From: Octopus bimaculoides
Lineage: Eukaryota
NCBI RefSeq assembly: GCF_001194135.2
Contig: NC_068993.1
Location: forward strand, 9,983,543-10,016,983
Reading direction: 5' to 3'
DNA: 33,441 nt
The notes beneath the pieces were generated by a model, which did not search any database, was not told where the DNA came from, and was given only the letters and a program-made list of their open reading frames with translations. Positions 23,104-33,441 of the stretch are shown here, piece by piece. How positions within the stretch are numbered: position 1 is the stretch's first letter; every line of letters starts with the position of its first letter. Made by a program: the position numbers and the translations under genes.

Positions 23104-24140
23104 TAAAGCAGATATAGTAAACTAATAATTTTTTAAATCAATTAATTGAATTCCACATTAGCCATACGAAGAATTAGCCATATGAAGAGTTCTAACTTAA
23201 GTATATTTGGCTATAAGACAGAACTTGGTCGTTTGGCTATAAAACAGGACTTGTTCGACGAGACACGTATAGTGAAAGGGGATGCTACTTCATTTACTAC
23301 TGAAGTCTGCTGTCGCGACTTTACAGCTGTTTCGGTGTCCTATTTCCGGCAGAAGATTACTCCGGAACCCAGACAACTGAAAAAGTTACCAAGAAATTAG
23401 ATATAGCTGCTAAAAGCAGTAGAAGGTGGTTATAATTGACAAGAGACCGCAAATAGAACCTTCCTGCAGGCGAAGGCTAATTTAGTTCATAATTTCTCAC
23501 TCGAGTGAAAGGTAATCCAGTACAGAATTCTTCACTTAGGTGAAGTGCAGGAACGAAGTTGCGAAATGCTGGTGGCCTTGTGATGCCTACTGATGATACG
23601 GCATAGTAATGTATTCAGTAGAAGGATTCGTTTTCGGCATAGTAATGTATTCAGTAGAAGAATTCTCAATGACTCTAAATAGCTGCGACAGTTTCTGTAT
23701 GGTGCAATGCAACTCCGACATTCACTTCACCTTACGTTTAATTTAAACTACCACTAATTGGTCGTTTGCTGCCTTTAATTCAGTCCACACTGTAAAAAAA
23801 AAAGCATTCAGACCAAGGATAACTTCCATCCTTCCTCCCTTTCGTCAGTCTTAGAAGCCCTGCAATGAGTCATAAACGCTGTTCTTTCTTTCTTGAGAAA
23901 AAACAAGAACATGTATCCTTTAGTAATATCAAAGAAATATCTCAATCCATTTTGAGCATAAAATGTAGATTGCTATGAAACAATCCCAGCAGCTTAATCG
24001 GTTCAATTGACGTTGGAATGCTTTCAGTGTCTGTATAGCTAAGTGGAGTAATTTCTAATTTAAACATGAGACCTAATATTTTTTTAGATACGTAGCGAAG
24101 TTTTGCTTTTAAATAATGTTAATCTGAAAACGTTAATTAC

Positions 24141-24489
24141 ATAGGCGCTGGCGGTCTTAGGTTCAGTCCTACTGCACAGCACTTTGGGCAAGTGTCTTCT
24201 ACAAAAGCTCCGCATCAACCAAAGCCTTGTGAGTGGATATGGTAGGCGGAAACTGGAAGAATCTTGTTGTTTATGTGTGTGTGTGTGTCTATCGTTGTGT
24301 TTGTCCTCCACCACCACTTGACAACCAGTGTTGGTTTGTTTACGTTCACGAAACTTACTGGGCCGGCAAGAAAGATCGATAGAATATTTGCCAGACTTAA
24401 AACAAGATAAATGCTGCGGTCTATTTATTCGACTAAAACTCTCGACGGCGGTGCCCCAGCATGGCCGCAATCCAGTGACCGAAACAAGT
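24141..24489 (+). mobile_element. SINE family B, head partly deleted, interrupted near its 3' end by SINE E
   Basis: ggttcagtcctactgc..ttgggcaagtgtcttcta..(TG)n..ttgacaacc..ggcggtgccccagcatggccgc; resumes at 24859. Confidence 0.85.
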
Positions 24490-24858
24490 TGTTGGCACTC
24501 CGTCGAGGGTTCCAGCTGATCCGATCAACAGAACAGCCAGCTCGTGAAGTTAACGTGCAAGTGGCTGAGCACTCCACAAACACGTGTACCCTTAACGTAG
24601 TTCTCGGGGACATTCAGCGTGACACAGTGTGACAAGGCTGACCTTTTGAATTACAGGCACAACAGAAACAGGAAGAAAGAGTGAGAGAAAGTTGTGGTGA
24701 AAGAGTACAGCAGGGTTCGCCACCATCCCCTGCCGGAGCCTCGTGGTGCTTTAGGTGTTTTCGCTCAATAAACACTCACAACGTCCGGTCTGGGGATCGA
24801 AACCGCGATCCTATGACCGCGAGTCCGCTGCCCTAACCACTGGGCCATTGCGCCTCCC
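24490..24858 (-). mobile_element. Full-length SINE family E with 13-bp target-site duplication
   Basis: Head GGAGGCGCAATGGCCCAGTGGTTAGGGCAGCGGACTCGCGGTCATAGGATCGCGGTTTCGATCCCC (A and B boxes). TSD GACCGAAACAAGT at 24477-24489 and 24859-24871. Confidence 0.92.
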
Positions 24859-24899
24859 GACCGAAACAAGTAATAGATAATCATTATACTGATTACAAA

Positions 24900-25090
24900 T
24901 TTTGGCTCAAAGCCAGCAAATTCAGGAAATTGATCACAGCACTCAGTCGGTTCCTATTCTATTGACCACACACGGAAAGATGAGAAACAAAACTGACCTC
25001 GGTGGAATTTAAGCACTGAACCTAAAAACGCCACAAAGCTTTTTCTCTTTGTTTACCGAAGTGCTAGCGATTCTACCAGCCCATCGCCTT
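24900..25090 (-). mobile_element. Old SINE family A copy
   Basis: Minus strand AAGGCGATGGGCTGGTAGAATCGCTAGCAC...AAATTCCACCGAGGTCAGTTTTG. Confidence 0.6.
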
Positions 25091-25359
25091 CAAAGATATT
25101 CATTATAATTAGCCACTTAGAGAGAAATATTTTATCGCGTGCAATTGGTGTGATAAACAGATAACATACATTCAATGGGTGTCATACATAGACTACTTTC
25201 TTTCGCTATCTAAGACTTCTACTACTACAGGAATATTCAATAAATGGATTTTATGAAAATATGGAAATACCATATACCATTCCATTCATAGTGAAAAGAC
25301 TTCTCATGATAACGAATAAGACAAAACTAGTATACAACCTCTGTGTCATTTCATAGTAA

Positions 25360-25403
<44 letters not shown>

Positions 25404-25726
25404 CCTCTCTCTCTCTCCCTCATTTACTCCATAATCCACTGTATGAAGCAACAGTTGTAGATCCCAGTCAAGTTACCGCGTGTAGAATACATTTCTTACC
25501 CTTATATCAACGATAACCGTTTGTAGTTTAATAATAAATAAATCTTGTTGACGTTAGATGTAGCAACATTCATGCCTTTCCCAGACATTACGAGCGGCGT
25601 CGGTAAAAAAACAAAAAAAAACCCAGAAAAGTCACAACTGAAAATATAGAAAATTAGGTTGCTGTCAAAAACCAGAGCCTTACCATTTTTTTTTTGCAGT
25701 ACTACTGTTGTTATTGTTGTTGTTGT

Positions 25727-25782
<56 letters not shown>

Positions 25783-26563
25783 TGGAGGAAGNNNNNNNNN
25801 NNNNNNNNNNNNNNNNNNNNNNNNNNNNNNNNNNNNNNNNNNNNNNNNNNNNNNNNNNNNNNNNNNNNNNNNNNNNNNNNNNNNNNNNNNNNNNNNNNNN
25901 NNNNNNNNNNNNNNNNNNNNNNNNNNNNNNNNNNNNNNNNNNNNNNNNNNNNNNNNNNNNNNNNNNNNNNNNNNNNNNNNNNNNNNNNNNNNNNNNNNNN
26001 NNNNNNNNNNNNNNNNNNNNNNNNNNNNNNNNNNNNNNNNNNNNNNNNNNNNNNNNNNNNNNNNNNNNNNNNNNNNNNNNNNNNNNNNNNNNNNNNNNNN
26101 NNNNNNNNNNNNNNNNNNNNNNNNNNNNNNNNNNNNNNNNNNNNNNNNNNNNNNNNNNNNNNNNNNNNNNNNNNNNNNNNNNNNNNNNNNNNNNNNNNNN
26201 NNNNNNNNNNNNNNNNNNNNNNNNNNNNNNNNNNNNNNNNNNNNNNNNNNNNNNNNNNNNNNNNNNNNNNNNNNNNNNNNNNNNNNNNNNNNNNNNNNNN
26301 NNNNNNNNNNNNNNNNNNNNNNNNNNNNNNNNNNNNNNNNNNNNNNNNNNNNNNNNNNNNNNNNNNNNNNNNNNNNNNNNNNNNNNNNNNNNNNNNNNNN
26401 NNNNNNNNNNNNNNNNNNNNNNNNNNNNNNNNNNNNNNNNNNNNNNNNNNNNNNNNNNNNNNNNNNNNNNNNNNNNNNNNNNNNNNNNNNNNNNNNNNNN
26501 NNNNNNNNNNNNNNNNNNNNNNNNNNNNNNNNNNNNNNNNNNNNNNNNNNNNNNNNNNNNNNN

Positions 26564-26598
<35 letters not shown>

Positions 26599-26840
26599 TT
26601 GTGTCTGTGTTTGTCCCCCCGTCAACATCGCTTGACAACCGATGCTGGTGTGCTTACGTCCCCGTAACTTAGCGGTTCGGCAAAAGAAACCGATAGAATA
26701 AGTACTAGGCTTCCAAAGAATAAGTCCTGGGGTCGATTTGCTCGACTAAAAGGCGGTGCTCCAGCATGGCCGCAATCAAATGACTGAAACAAGTAAAAGA
26801 GTAAAGAGAGTAAAGAGAGTAAAAGAGAGTAAAAGAGAGT
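26564..26840 (+). mobile_element. SINE family B 3' half with tandem (AAAAGAGAGT)-type tail; 5' part in the gap
   Basis: cgcttgacaaccgatgctggtgtgcttacgtccccgtaacttagcggttcggc...ggcggtgctccagcatggccgc...gaaacaagtaaaagagtaaagagagt... Confidence 0.9.
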
Positions 26841-26959
26841 AGTGTAATTTAAAAAAAGTAATGACTGATATTTCCAACATGTAAGGCGACCGTGTAGAAA
26901 GAAGTTTGCTCTCTTTATCACGTGTAATACTTTGTAGATTGGTGCATGGTAGCAGTTGC

Positions 26960-27251
26960 CTTAAGGCATTGGCAGTTGCTTAGAGGCGCCGCGAGGCGAG
27001 GGGTCCAATACAGACCTATGCTGTGGTTTTCTCTCAATATATGAATAATATGTGGCCCAGTGAATTGATTTGCTGAGGAGCCTTGGGTCTAGGGGTTCAA
27101 TCCTGACCTATGTATGTTGTGACTTGTTCTCAATATATAAATAATATAGGGCCCAGTGAACTGATTTGCTCAGGAGCCTTGGGCAAGTGTCTTTTTCTAT
27201 AGCCCTGGGTCATCCAATGCCTAGTTAGTCGACGGCAACTGAAAGAAACTG

Positions 27252-27289
<38 letters not shown>

Positions 27290-27290
27290 A
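26960..27290 (+). mobile_element. SINE-B-related element with a duplicated ~92-bp internal unit
   Basis: Unit gggg.tcaat...ctcaatatat.aataatat..ggcccagtgaa.tgatttgct.aggagccttggg at 27000-27087 and 27092-27183, continuing into gcaagtgtctt and caactgaaagaa-(TG)n. Confidence 0.65.
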
Positions 27291-28552
27291 TACATATACG
27301 CTAATACTGAACAATGAGAATGAGTGTCCAACACTAAATCGGTGGATAAATATTCTTTATTTGTGAGTGTGTGTTTATATATNNNNNNNNNNNNNNNNNN
27401 NNNNNNNNNNNNNNNNNNNNNNNNNNNNNNNNNNNNNNNNNNNNNNNNNNNNNNNNNNNNNNNNNNNNNNNNNNNNNNNNNNNNNNNNNNNNNNNNNNNN
27501 NNNNNNNNNNNNNNNNNNNNNNNNNNNNNNNNNNNNNNNNNNNNNNNNNNNNNNNNNNNNNNNNNNNNNNNNNNNNNNNNNNNNNNNNNNNNNNNNNNNN
27601 NNNNNNNNNNNNNNNNNNNNNNNNNNNNNNNNNNNNNNNNNNNNNNNNNNNNNNNNNNNNNNNNNNNNNNNNNNNNNNNNNNNNNNNNNNNNNNNNNNNN
27701 NNNNNNNNNNNNNNNNNNNNNNNNNNNNNNNNNNNNNNNNNNNNNNNNNNNNNNNNNNNNNNNNNNNNNNNNNNNNNNNNNNNNNNNNNNNNNNNNNNNN
27801 NNNNNNNNNNNNNNNNNNNNNNNNNNNNNNNNNNNNNNNNNNNNNNNNNNNNNNNNNNNNNNNNNNNNNNNNNNNNNNNNNNNNNNNNNNNNNNNNNNNN
27901 NNNNNNNNNNNNNNNNNNNNNNNNNNNNNNNNNNNNNNNNNNNNNNNNNNNNNNNNNNNNNNNNNNNNNNNNNNNNNNNNNNNNNNNNNNNNNNNNNNNN
28001 NNNAAAGATGTTTTACATTTTCAAATCCCTTATATATATATATATATCAATGTGGTATGAATTATTGTTGTGTAACGCAGTACAATGGCAATGTTTCTGC
28101 TTTCCAGTTGTATTCATTTTCTATATTAAGACCAAAACGTGTTTTCGCTACGCAACTCATTCTGTAGTTACTGTTTGATGTTTTGTTTGTTTTAAATTTG
28201 TTTTGCTTTATTATGCTTTTCCTTTTTATTTATTTTTAGCACTGAAGTTTGGTCTGTCTCTATCTCTCTGTCTGGTACCATGTGTGTATAAAAACATTGG
28301 CAGTCTGTGGCTTGCTGTATCTGTGTCAAGAACTCCATGGTTTCTGCTTTTCTTTTCTCTTCTTTTCCTTTTAGTGTTTTTTTTTTTTTTTTTTTTTTCG
28401 ATTTTGGTATTGCAGTTGTTGTTGTTTCTGCGGCTGCTTCTACTGTAACTACTGCTGCTACCGTGGTTGAGGCTGTTATTATTTGCTTCTTCTACTACTA
28501 CTACTACTACTACTACTACTATACTACAATCACTACTACTTCTGTTCCTATA

Positions 28553-28589
<37 letters not shown>

Positions 28590-28772
28590 TCGTTCGGGCA
28601 ATACAAACCATCCAAGTGAAGCAGCTATAGGCGTGGTGTATATATGAGTGCGCCTCTCTCTCTCTCTTTCTCTCTCCCTCCCTCTTTATCACTCTCCCTC
28701 CCTCCATCACTTTCTCTATTTCTTTCTCTCCCCACCTCTCTCTGCGTGTGTGTGCGCGTGTGTGTGAGCAAA

Positions 28773-28834
28773 CTTTTCTACTCTAAGTACAAGGCCCGAA
28801 ATTTTTGGGGGAAGGGAGCCAGTCGATTAGATCG
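28773..28834 (-). mobile_element. SINE family A 3' tail (type 1); remainder in the gap
   Basis: Minus strand CCCCCAAAAATTTCGGGCCTTGTACTTAGAGTAGAAAAG matches 167-204. Confidence 0.8.
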
Positions 28835-29363
28835 NNNNNNNNNNNNNNNNNNNNNNNNNNNNNNNNNNNNNNNNNNNNNNNNNNNNNNNNNNNNNNNNNN
28901 NNNNNNNNNNNNNNNNNNNNNNNNNNNNNNNNNNNNNNNNNNNNNNNNNNNNNNNNNNNNNNNNNNNNNNNNNNNNNNNNNNNNNNNNNNNNNNNNNNNN
29001 NNNNNNNNNNNNNNNNNNNNNNNNNNNNNNNNNNNNNNNNNNNNNNNNNNNNNNNNNNNNNNNNNNNNNNNNNNNNNNNNNNNNNNNNNNNNNNNNNNNN
29101 NNNNNNNNNNNNNNNNNNNNNNNNNNNNNNNNNNNNNNNNNNNNNNNNNNNNNNNNNNNNNNNNNNNNNNNNNNNNNNNNNNNNNNNNNNNNNNNNNNNN
29201 NNNNNNNNNNNNNNNNNNNNNNNNNNNNNNNNNNNNNNNNNNNNNNNNNNNNNNNNNNNNNNNNNNNNNNNNNNNNNNNNNNNNNNNNNNNNNNNNNNNN
29301 NNNNNNNNNNNNNNNNNNNNNNNNNNNNNNNNNNNNNNNNNNNNNNNNNNNNNNNNNNNNNNN

Positions 29364-29443
<80 letters not shown>

Positions 29444-29619
29444 TGCATACGTGTTCTTGATGGTCACGAGTGAACAACATTCACGCGCGCACACACATAC
29501 ATATAAATATATATATGTAATCACACACACAGATATACATATGTATACATGTGTGTGTGTGTGTATGTGAGTGTGTGTGTGTGTATATGTGCATGTGTGT
29601 GTATGTGTGTGTATGTGTG

Positions 29620-30550
29620 TAGGCGCCAGTGTGACTGTGTGGTAAAAAGTTTGCTTTCCAATCACATGGTCCCAAGTTCAGTCCCGCTATGTAGCAACTT
29701 GAGAGAGTTTCTACTAATGTGGTGCCAGGCCGACCGAAGCCTTGTGAGTGGATTTGGTATACAGAAACTGAAAGAAGTCCGTGTTTATATAATATATCAT
29801 ATATATANNNNNNNNNNNNNNNNNNNNNNNNNNNNNNNNNNNNNNNNNNNNNNNNNNNNNNNNNNNNNNNNNNNNNNNNNNNNNNNNNNNNNNNNNNNNN
29901 NNNNNNNNNNNNNNNNNNNNNNNNNNNNNNNNNNNNNNNNNNNNNNNNNNNNNNNNNNNNNNNNNNNNNNNNNNNNNNNNNNNNNNNNNNNNNNNNNNNN
30001 NNNNNNNNNNNNNNNNNNNNNNNNNNNNNNNNNNNNNNNNNNNNNNNNNNNNNNNNNNNNNNNNNNNNNNNNNNNNNNNNNNNNNNNNNNNNNNNNNNNN
30101 NNNNNNNNNNNNNNNNNNNNNNNNNNNNNNNNNNNNNNNNNNNNNNNNNNNNNNNNNNNNNNNNNNNNNNNNNNNNNNNNNNNNNNNNNNNNNNNNNNNN
30201 NNNNNNNNNNNNNNNNNNNNNNNNNNNNNNNNNNNNNNNNNNNNNNNNNNNNNNNNNNNNNNNNNNNNNNNNNNNNNNNNNNNNNNNNNNNNNNNNNNNN
30301 NNNNNNNNNNNNNNNNNNNNNNNNNNATCTACGTGCGTGTGTGTTTGTCTCCCACCACCGCTTGACAACAGGTGTTGGTGTGCTTACATCTCCGTAACTT
30401 AGCGGTTCGGCAAAATATACTGATAGAATAAATACCAGCCTTAGAATTAAAAAAAAAAAACAGGTATTGGTGTCGATTTCTTTGATTAAAAATTCTTCAA
30501 GGCGGTGCCCCAGCATGGCCGCAGTCTAATGACTGAAACAAGTAAAAGAT
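29620..30550 (+). mobile_element. SINE family B, full length, with the assembly gap inside its internal microsatellite
   Basis: Head at 29620-29790, (TA)n into the gap at 29808-30326, 3' domain at 30330-30550. Confidence 0.8.
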
Positions 30551-30817
30551 ACATAATTATGAGTGTACACAGTTATTAGAGGAATCTATGAGATATATTA
30601 GGACACGATATGTGAATAAATATGTTTATATTAGGCACACACCTAACTCAAAAATACACGGAAAATACCAGCTGGAACTTATTAGTGGAACTGAGTGTAT
30701 TTGCTTTCGTTTTAAACACTGTAGCAATTGCTGTTATAATTGTTGTTGTTGATTAATAAAATGGTTAATTAAAATAAAGATGATATCGTAAACAGTTACT
30801 GAAACGTACATATATGA

Positions 30818-30990
30818 GCTGACATAGCTGTGTGGTTTAGGAGCTCGCTTTGCAATCATGTGCCTGACGCCCTGGGGGTAAGTTGTCTTTTGTGTCTTTC
30901 ATTATAGCTCTTAATGGTTCGGCAAAAAATAACGATAGAATAAATACCAGGCTTAACAAACAATGAGTTGTGAGGTTGATTCATTCGACT
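30818..30990 (+). mobile_element. Decayed, internally deleted SINE family B
   Basis: gctgtgtggtttaggagctcgctttgcaatcatgtg...ggttcggcaaaaaataacgatagaataaataccagg...ttcgactaaa. Confidence 0.65.
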
Positions 30991-31074
30991 AAAGAAAAAT
31001 AAATTTAACTGAATTAAGGTTTGATAGCTTAGAAGAATATCTCAGCACTGAAGTTTTCAATGCTGACACTAGTG

Positions 31075-31192
31075 AAATAGTTGAATCGTCAGAGTGTCAG
31101 ACAGAATGCTTCGTGGTACTTGATACAAACTCTCTATGTTCTGAGTTCAAATTCCACCAAGGTCAACTTTGTCATTCATCTTTTCGGTGGGC
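31075..31192 (+). mobile_element. Decayed SINE family A
   Basis: tgttctgagttcaaattccaccaaggtcaactttgtcattcatcttttcgg. Confidence 0.7.
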
Positions 31193-31260
31193 AGCTTTAG
31201 CAAAACGCAAGGAAACGTAACAGCTGCCCTCACCAAGTAGATAAAGCTAACACTCTTTAT

Positions 31261-31656
31261 TCAGATTTCGAGAACTCTGCAGAGGATTTGTGCATTTCCA
31301 AGTAACACTTTTTGTTTTGTTTTGTAAAAGCTCTATCTCAAATTTACTTCTGTTTATTTCAGTCCAGTTTGTAAGCTTCTTACTTATAGTTCCCAAGGTT
31401 TCACCAACAAGAGATACAGCGCACACCTTCGTCAATAACCACAGCTTTTTTTGTTTCCTACTTCAAATAATCAAATCTGACTTGTTTCTCTTCTCTTTCC
31501 GATTACCCTGTCATCACCAGGACATGCAAATATTTATGATTAAACAGGTTTACCCCTCCCACCTTCTGGAGCTTGTTCATTCCACGTCTTTATTTTATTC
31601 AATCCACACTTGCCACACCTCTCTAAATAAATCATTTTTACGACATTACCGTGTCT
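31261..31656 (-). mobile_element. Decayed RLE-domain 3' end of an R4/Dong-like LINE
   Basis: Stitched minus frames: RHGNVVKMIYLERCGKCGLNKIKTWNEQAPEG / FACPGDDRVIGK / KKLWLLTKVCAVSLVGETLGTISKKL / KVLLGNAQILCRVL, matching RHDxV...WYEHxPEG, DxAxPxD, GALG and LLGTARILR motifs. Confidence 0.7.
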
Positions 31657-31966
31657 TCCATTTTTCTTTTCTTTTTGGACCAGCATCGTCATAAGCCTTC
31701 TCCTTTTCCTTTTCATTCATTCCCTCTCTGTCTCACTCTGAAACTTTGCCCTTCTCTTCATATGCTTTTGGCTTTCCTCTGCCACCACCTCCTCTTCCTC
31801 CCCTCCTCCCCCTCTTCTTTTTCTCCTTTCATTTTTCGTATATCACTATGTAATAACAACGGATATAAACGTTGGTACCTTGGTTGATTGGTTGGATTAT
31901 CTAGTAACGCTTTACGTGTAAAGCGAGAGGGAAGAAAGAGAGGGCGAGAGGGAAGAAAGAGAGAGC

Positions 31967-31998
<32 letters not shown>

Positions 31999-32403
31999 AA
32001 GAGAGAGAGAGAGATTAAAAGGGAGATATAAAGAAAGCTAACTTAAGAAGCACCGGATAAGCGCACGTATTAGGCTTGGGGCGCAGGTAAGCCAATGAAC
32101 AAAGAGAATCTACCCACGTCCAGGGAGAACGAACCTCAGTGACGAGGATGAAAAAGAAAGGGAATAAATGACAAAGTAAGTTAGGGGCGGGGTTACGCAA
32201 AGAAAGAAATTTAATATACTGATTTTAATTGTAAAAGAAGAAATAGTATTCATTTCATCATTTTTATTTATGCACCAAGAAATTTCATAGAAATTAGATT
32301 GAAATACTAGTATGCTTGACACAGTTCCTCGTAATTCCCATGACGACAACAGCATACTTCTAAAGTTATTCGTTACATGACGGTTAATACTAATACATCA
32401 GTG

Positions 32404-32486
<83 letters not shown>

Positions 32487-32504
32487 GTGTGTGTAAGTAT
32501 ATGA

Positions 32505-32660
32505 TGTGTGTGGCCTAGTAGTCAGTGGGTTACACTCACGATCCTAAGATCGTAGTTTCGACTCCCAAACCGGTGCCGCGTTGTGTGCTTGAACAAAACT
32601 CTTTATTTCACGTTGCTCCAGTCCGCTTAGCTGTAAATAGCTAACCCTGCGGCTGACCGC
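32505..32660 (+). mobile_element. SINE family C, head and central domain
   Basis: TGGCCTAGTAG (A box), GTTTCGACTCCC (B box), ctttatttcacgttgctccagtccgcttagctgtaaat. Confidence 0.8.
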
Positions 32661-32834
32661 TGTTTCGTTAAGTAGGTATGTTGGCCTACCCGCATGGCCA
32701 GTGCAATGGCCTCACTCGAAAACTATAACCGTAGAAAAGAGGATAGAGGGAATTATCATAAGACTTGTAGGACGAGAGCGCATATTAGGCTTTGGCCAGG
32801 CAATGAGTAAAGGAACACTACTCACAGATAACAC

Positions 32835-33085
32835 AATGTTTCATGCTGGGACACTGCCTTGAAGGATTTAGTCGAACACATCGACCCAAAGATATAAACA
32901 AACTACCTCTGGTCGTGGGAGACAAACACAAGTACAAAAACACAAACATATATATTCACACCAAGGAATTGGTTGGCCTGGGACTATAGTAGAAGACACT
33001 AACTCAAAGTGCCGCGCTGTGAGGCTAAACCCGAAACCACGTAGTTGCAAAGCGACCTTCTTAATCACGCAATTATATCTGCACC
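32835..33085 (-). mobile_element. Decayed SINE family B with deletions
   Basis: Minus head AGGTGCAGAT...GTGGTTTCGGGTTTAGCCTCAC...GTGTCTTCTACTATAGTCCC; 3' domain ...CAAGGCAGTGTCCCAGCATG. Confidence 0.7.
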
Positions 33086-33088
33086 TAA

Positions 33089-33318
33089 GGCGGCGAGCTG
33101 GCAGAAATGTTAGCAGGCCGGGCGAAATGCTTAGCCTTATTTCGTCTGCCTTTACGTTCTAAGTTCAAGTTCCGCCGAGATCGACTTCGCCTTTTATCTT
33201 TTCGTGGTCGATAAATTAAGTACCAGTTACGCACTGGGGTCGATGTAATCAACTTAATCCCTTTGTCTGTCCTTGTTTGTCCCCCCTATGTTTAGCCCCT
33301 TGTGGGCAATAAAGAAAT
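33089..33318 (+). mobile_element. Full-length SINE family A, tail type 2 (Tx1-like)
   Basis: GGCGGCGAGCTGGCAGAA head; ends TTGTTTGTCCCCCCTATGTTTAGCCCCTTGTGGGCAATAAAGAAATT. Confidence 0.9.
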
Positions 33319-33319
33319 T

Positions 33320-33441
33320 AGAAACGTTAGCGCGCCGGGCGAAATGCTTAGCGGTATTTGGTCTGTCTTTACGTCCTGAGTTCAAATTCCGCCGAGGTCG
33401 ACTTTGCCTTTCATCCTTTCGGGGTCGATAAATTAAGCACC
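33320..33441 (+). mobile_element. Second, tandem SINE family A copy; lacks the first ~15 nt and is clipped by the window end
   Basis: agaaacgttagcgcgccgggcgaaatgcttagcgg...gagttcaaattccgccgaggtcgactttgcc. Confidence 0.9.

Larger units (their letters stand above)
7530..30326. other. 13 assembly gaps (N runs) scattered through this span
   Basis: 7530-8032, 8562-9151, 11302-11390, 13196-13264, 15575-15584, 16950-17026, 18547-18983, 19879-19978, 20729-20738, 25792-26563, 27383-28003, 28835-29363, 29808-30326. Most are flanked by microsatellites. Confidence 0.98.

Noticed and set aside
23146-23400. 84-aa ORF in non-repeat-looking sequence
   Set aside because: No recognisable motif; short ORFs of this length arise by chance.
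23599-23660. 26-bp local duplication CGGCATAGTAATGTATTCAGTAGAAG next to CTGATGA
   Set aside because: Only two copies, not a CRISPR array; no stem II-GAAA for a hammerhead; ordinary slippage duplication.
24785-24858. tRNA-gene-like sequence on the minus strand
   Set aside because: It is the head of SINE E: it continues into SINE body and tail, is bounded by a TSD and lacks a proper acceptor stem.
2396-30516. Dozens of long ORFs in the track (YVCM/HTYI, poly-N/S/L/Y/E/K, X-filled)
   Set aside because: They are translations of microsatellites or run through N gaps; no coding signal.
1-33441. Window begins and ends in the same SINE in direct orientation, suggesting a composite element
   Set aside because: The family is abundant (at least seven copies or fragments here), the tails differ and no TSD is visible.

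Overview
Repeat-dominated animal DNA with no recognisable host gene. The SINE families and the microsatellite density point to an Octopus genome; this is recalled, not searched. About 13% of the window (4326 nt in 13 runs) is N gaps. The rest holds about 20 tRNA-derived SINE copies or fragments from four families (labelled A, B, C, E here), three decayed Tc1/mariner-superfamily transposons, decayed non-LTR retrotransposons (R4/Dong-like RLE clade and L1/Tx1 clade), an (AAT)n-tailed retroposon 3' end (family D) and many microsatellites. Almost all ORFs in the supplied track are microsatellite, N-gap or antisense artefacts. The main finding is a 362-nt, strongly self-complementary unit at 12797-13195 with a 37-nt exact terminal redundancy. 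It carries a type I hammerhead ribozyme fold (12949-12990) whose core has the compensatory U3-A8 pair instead of C3-G8, making it a candidate non-LTR retrozyme or Penelope-type circular-RNA element. Secondary findings: a SINE 3' tail shared with a Tx1 LINE 3' end, tail swapping within one SINE family, and internal deletions that remove catalytic regions from most autonomous TE relics.
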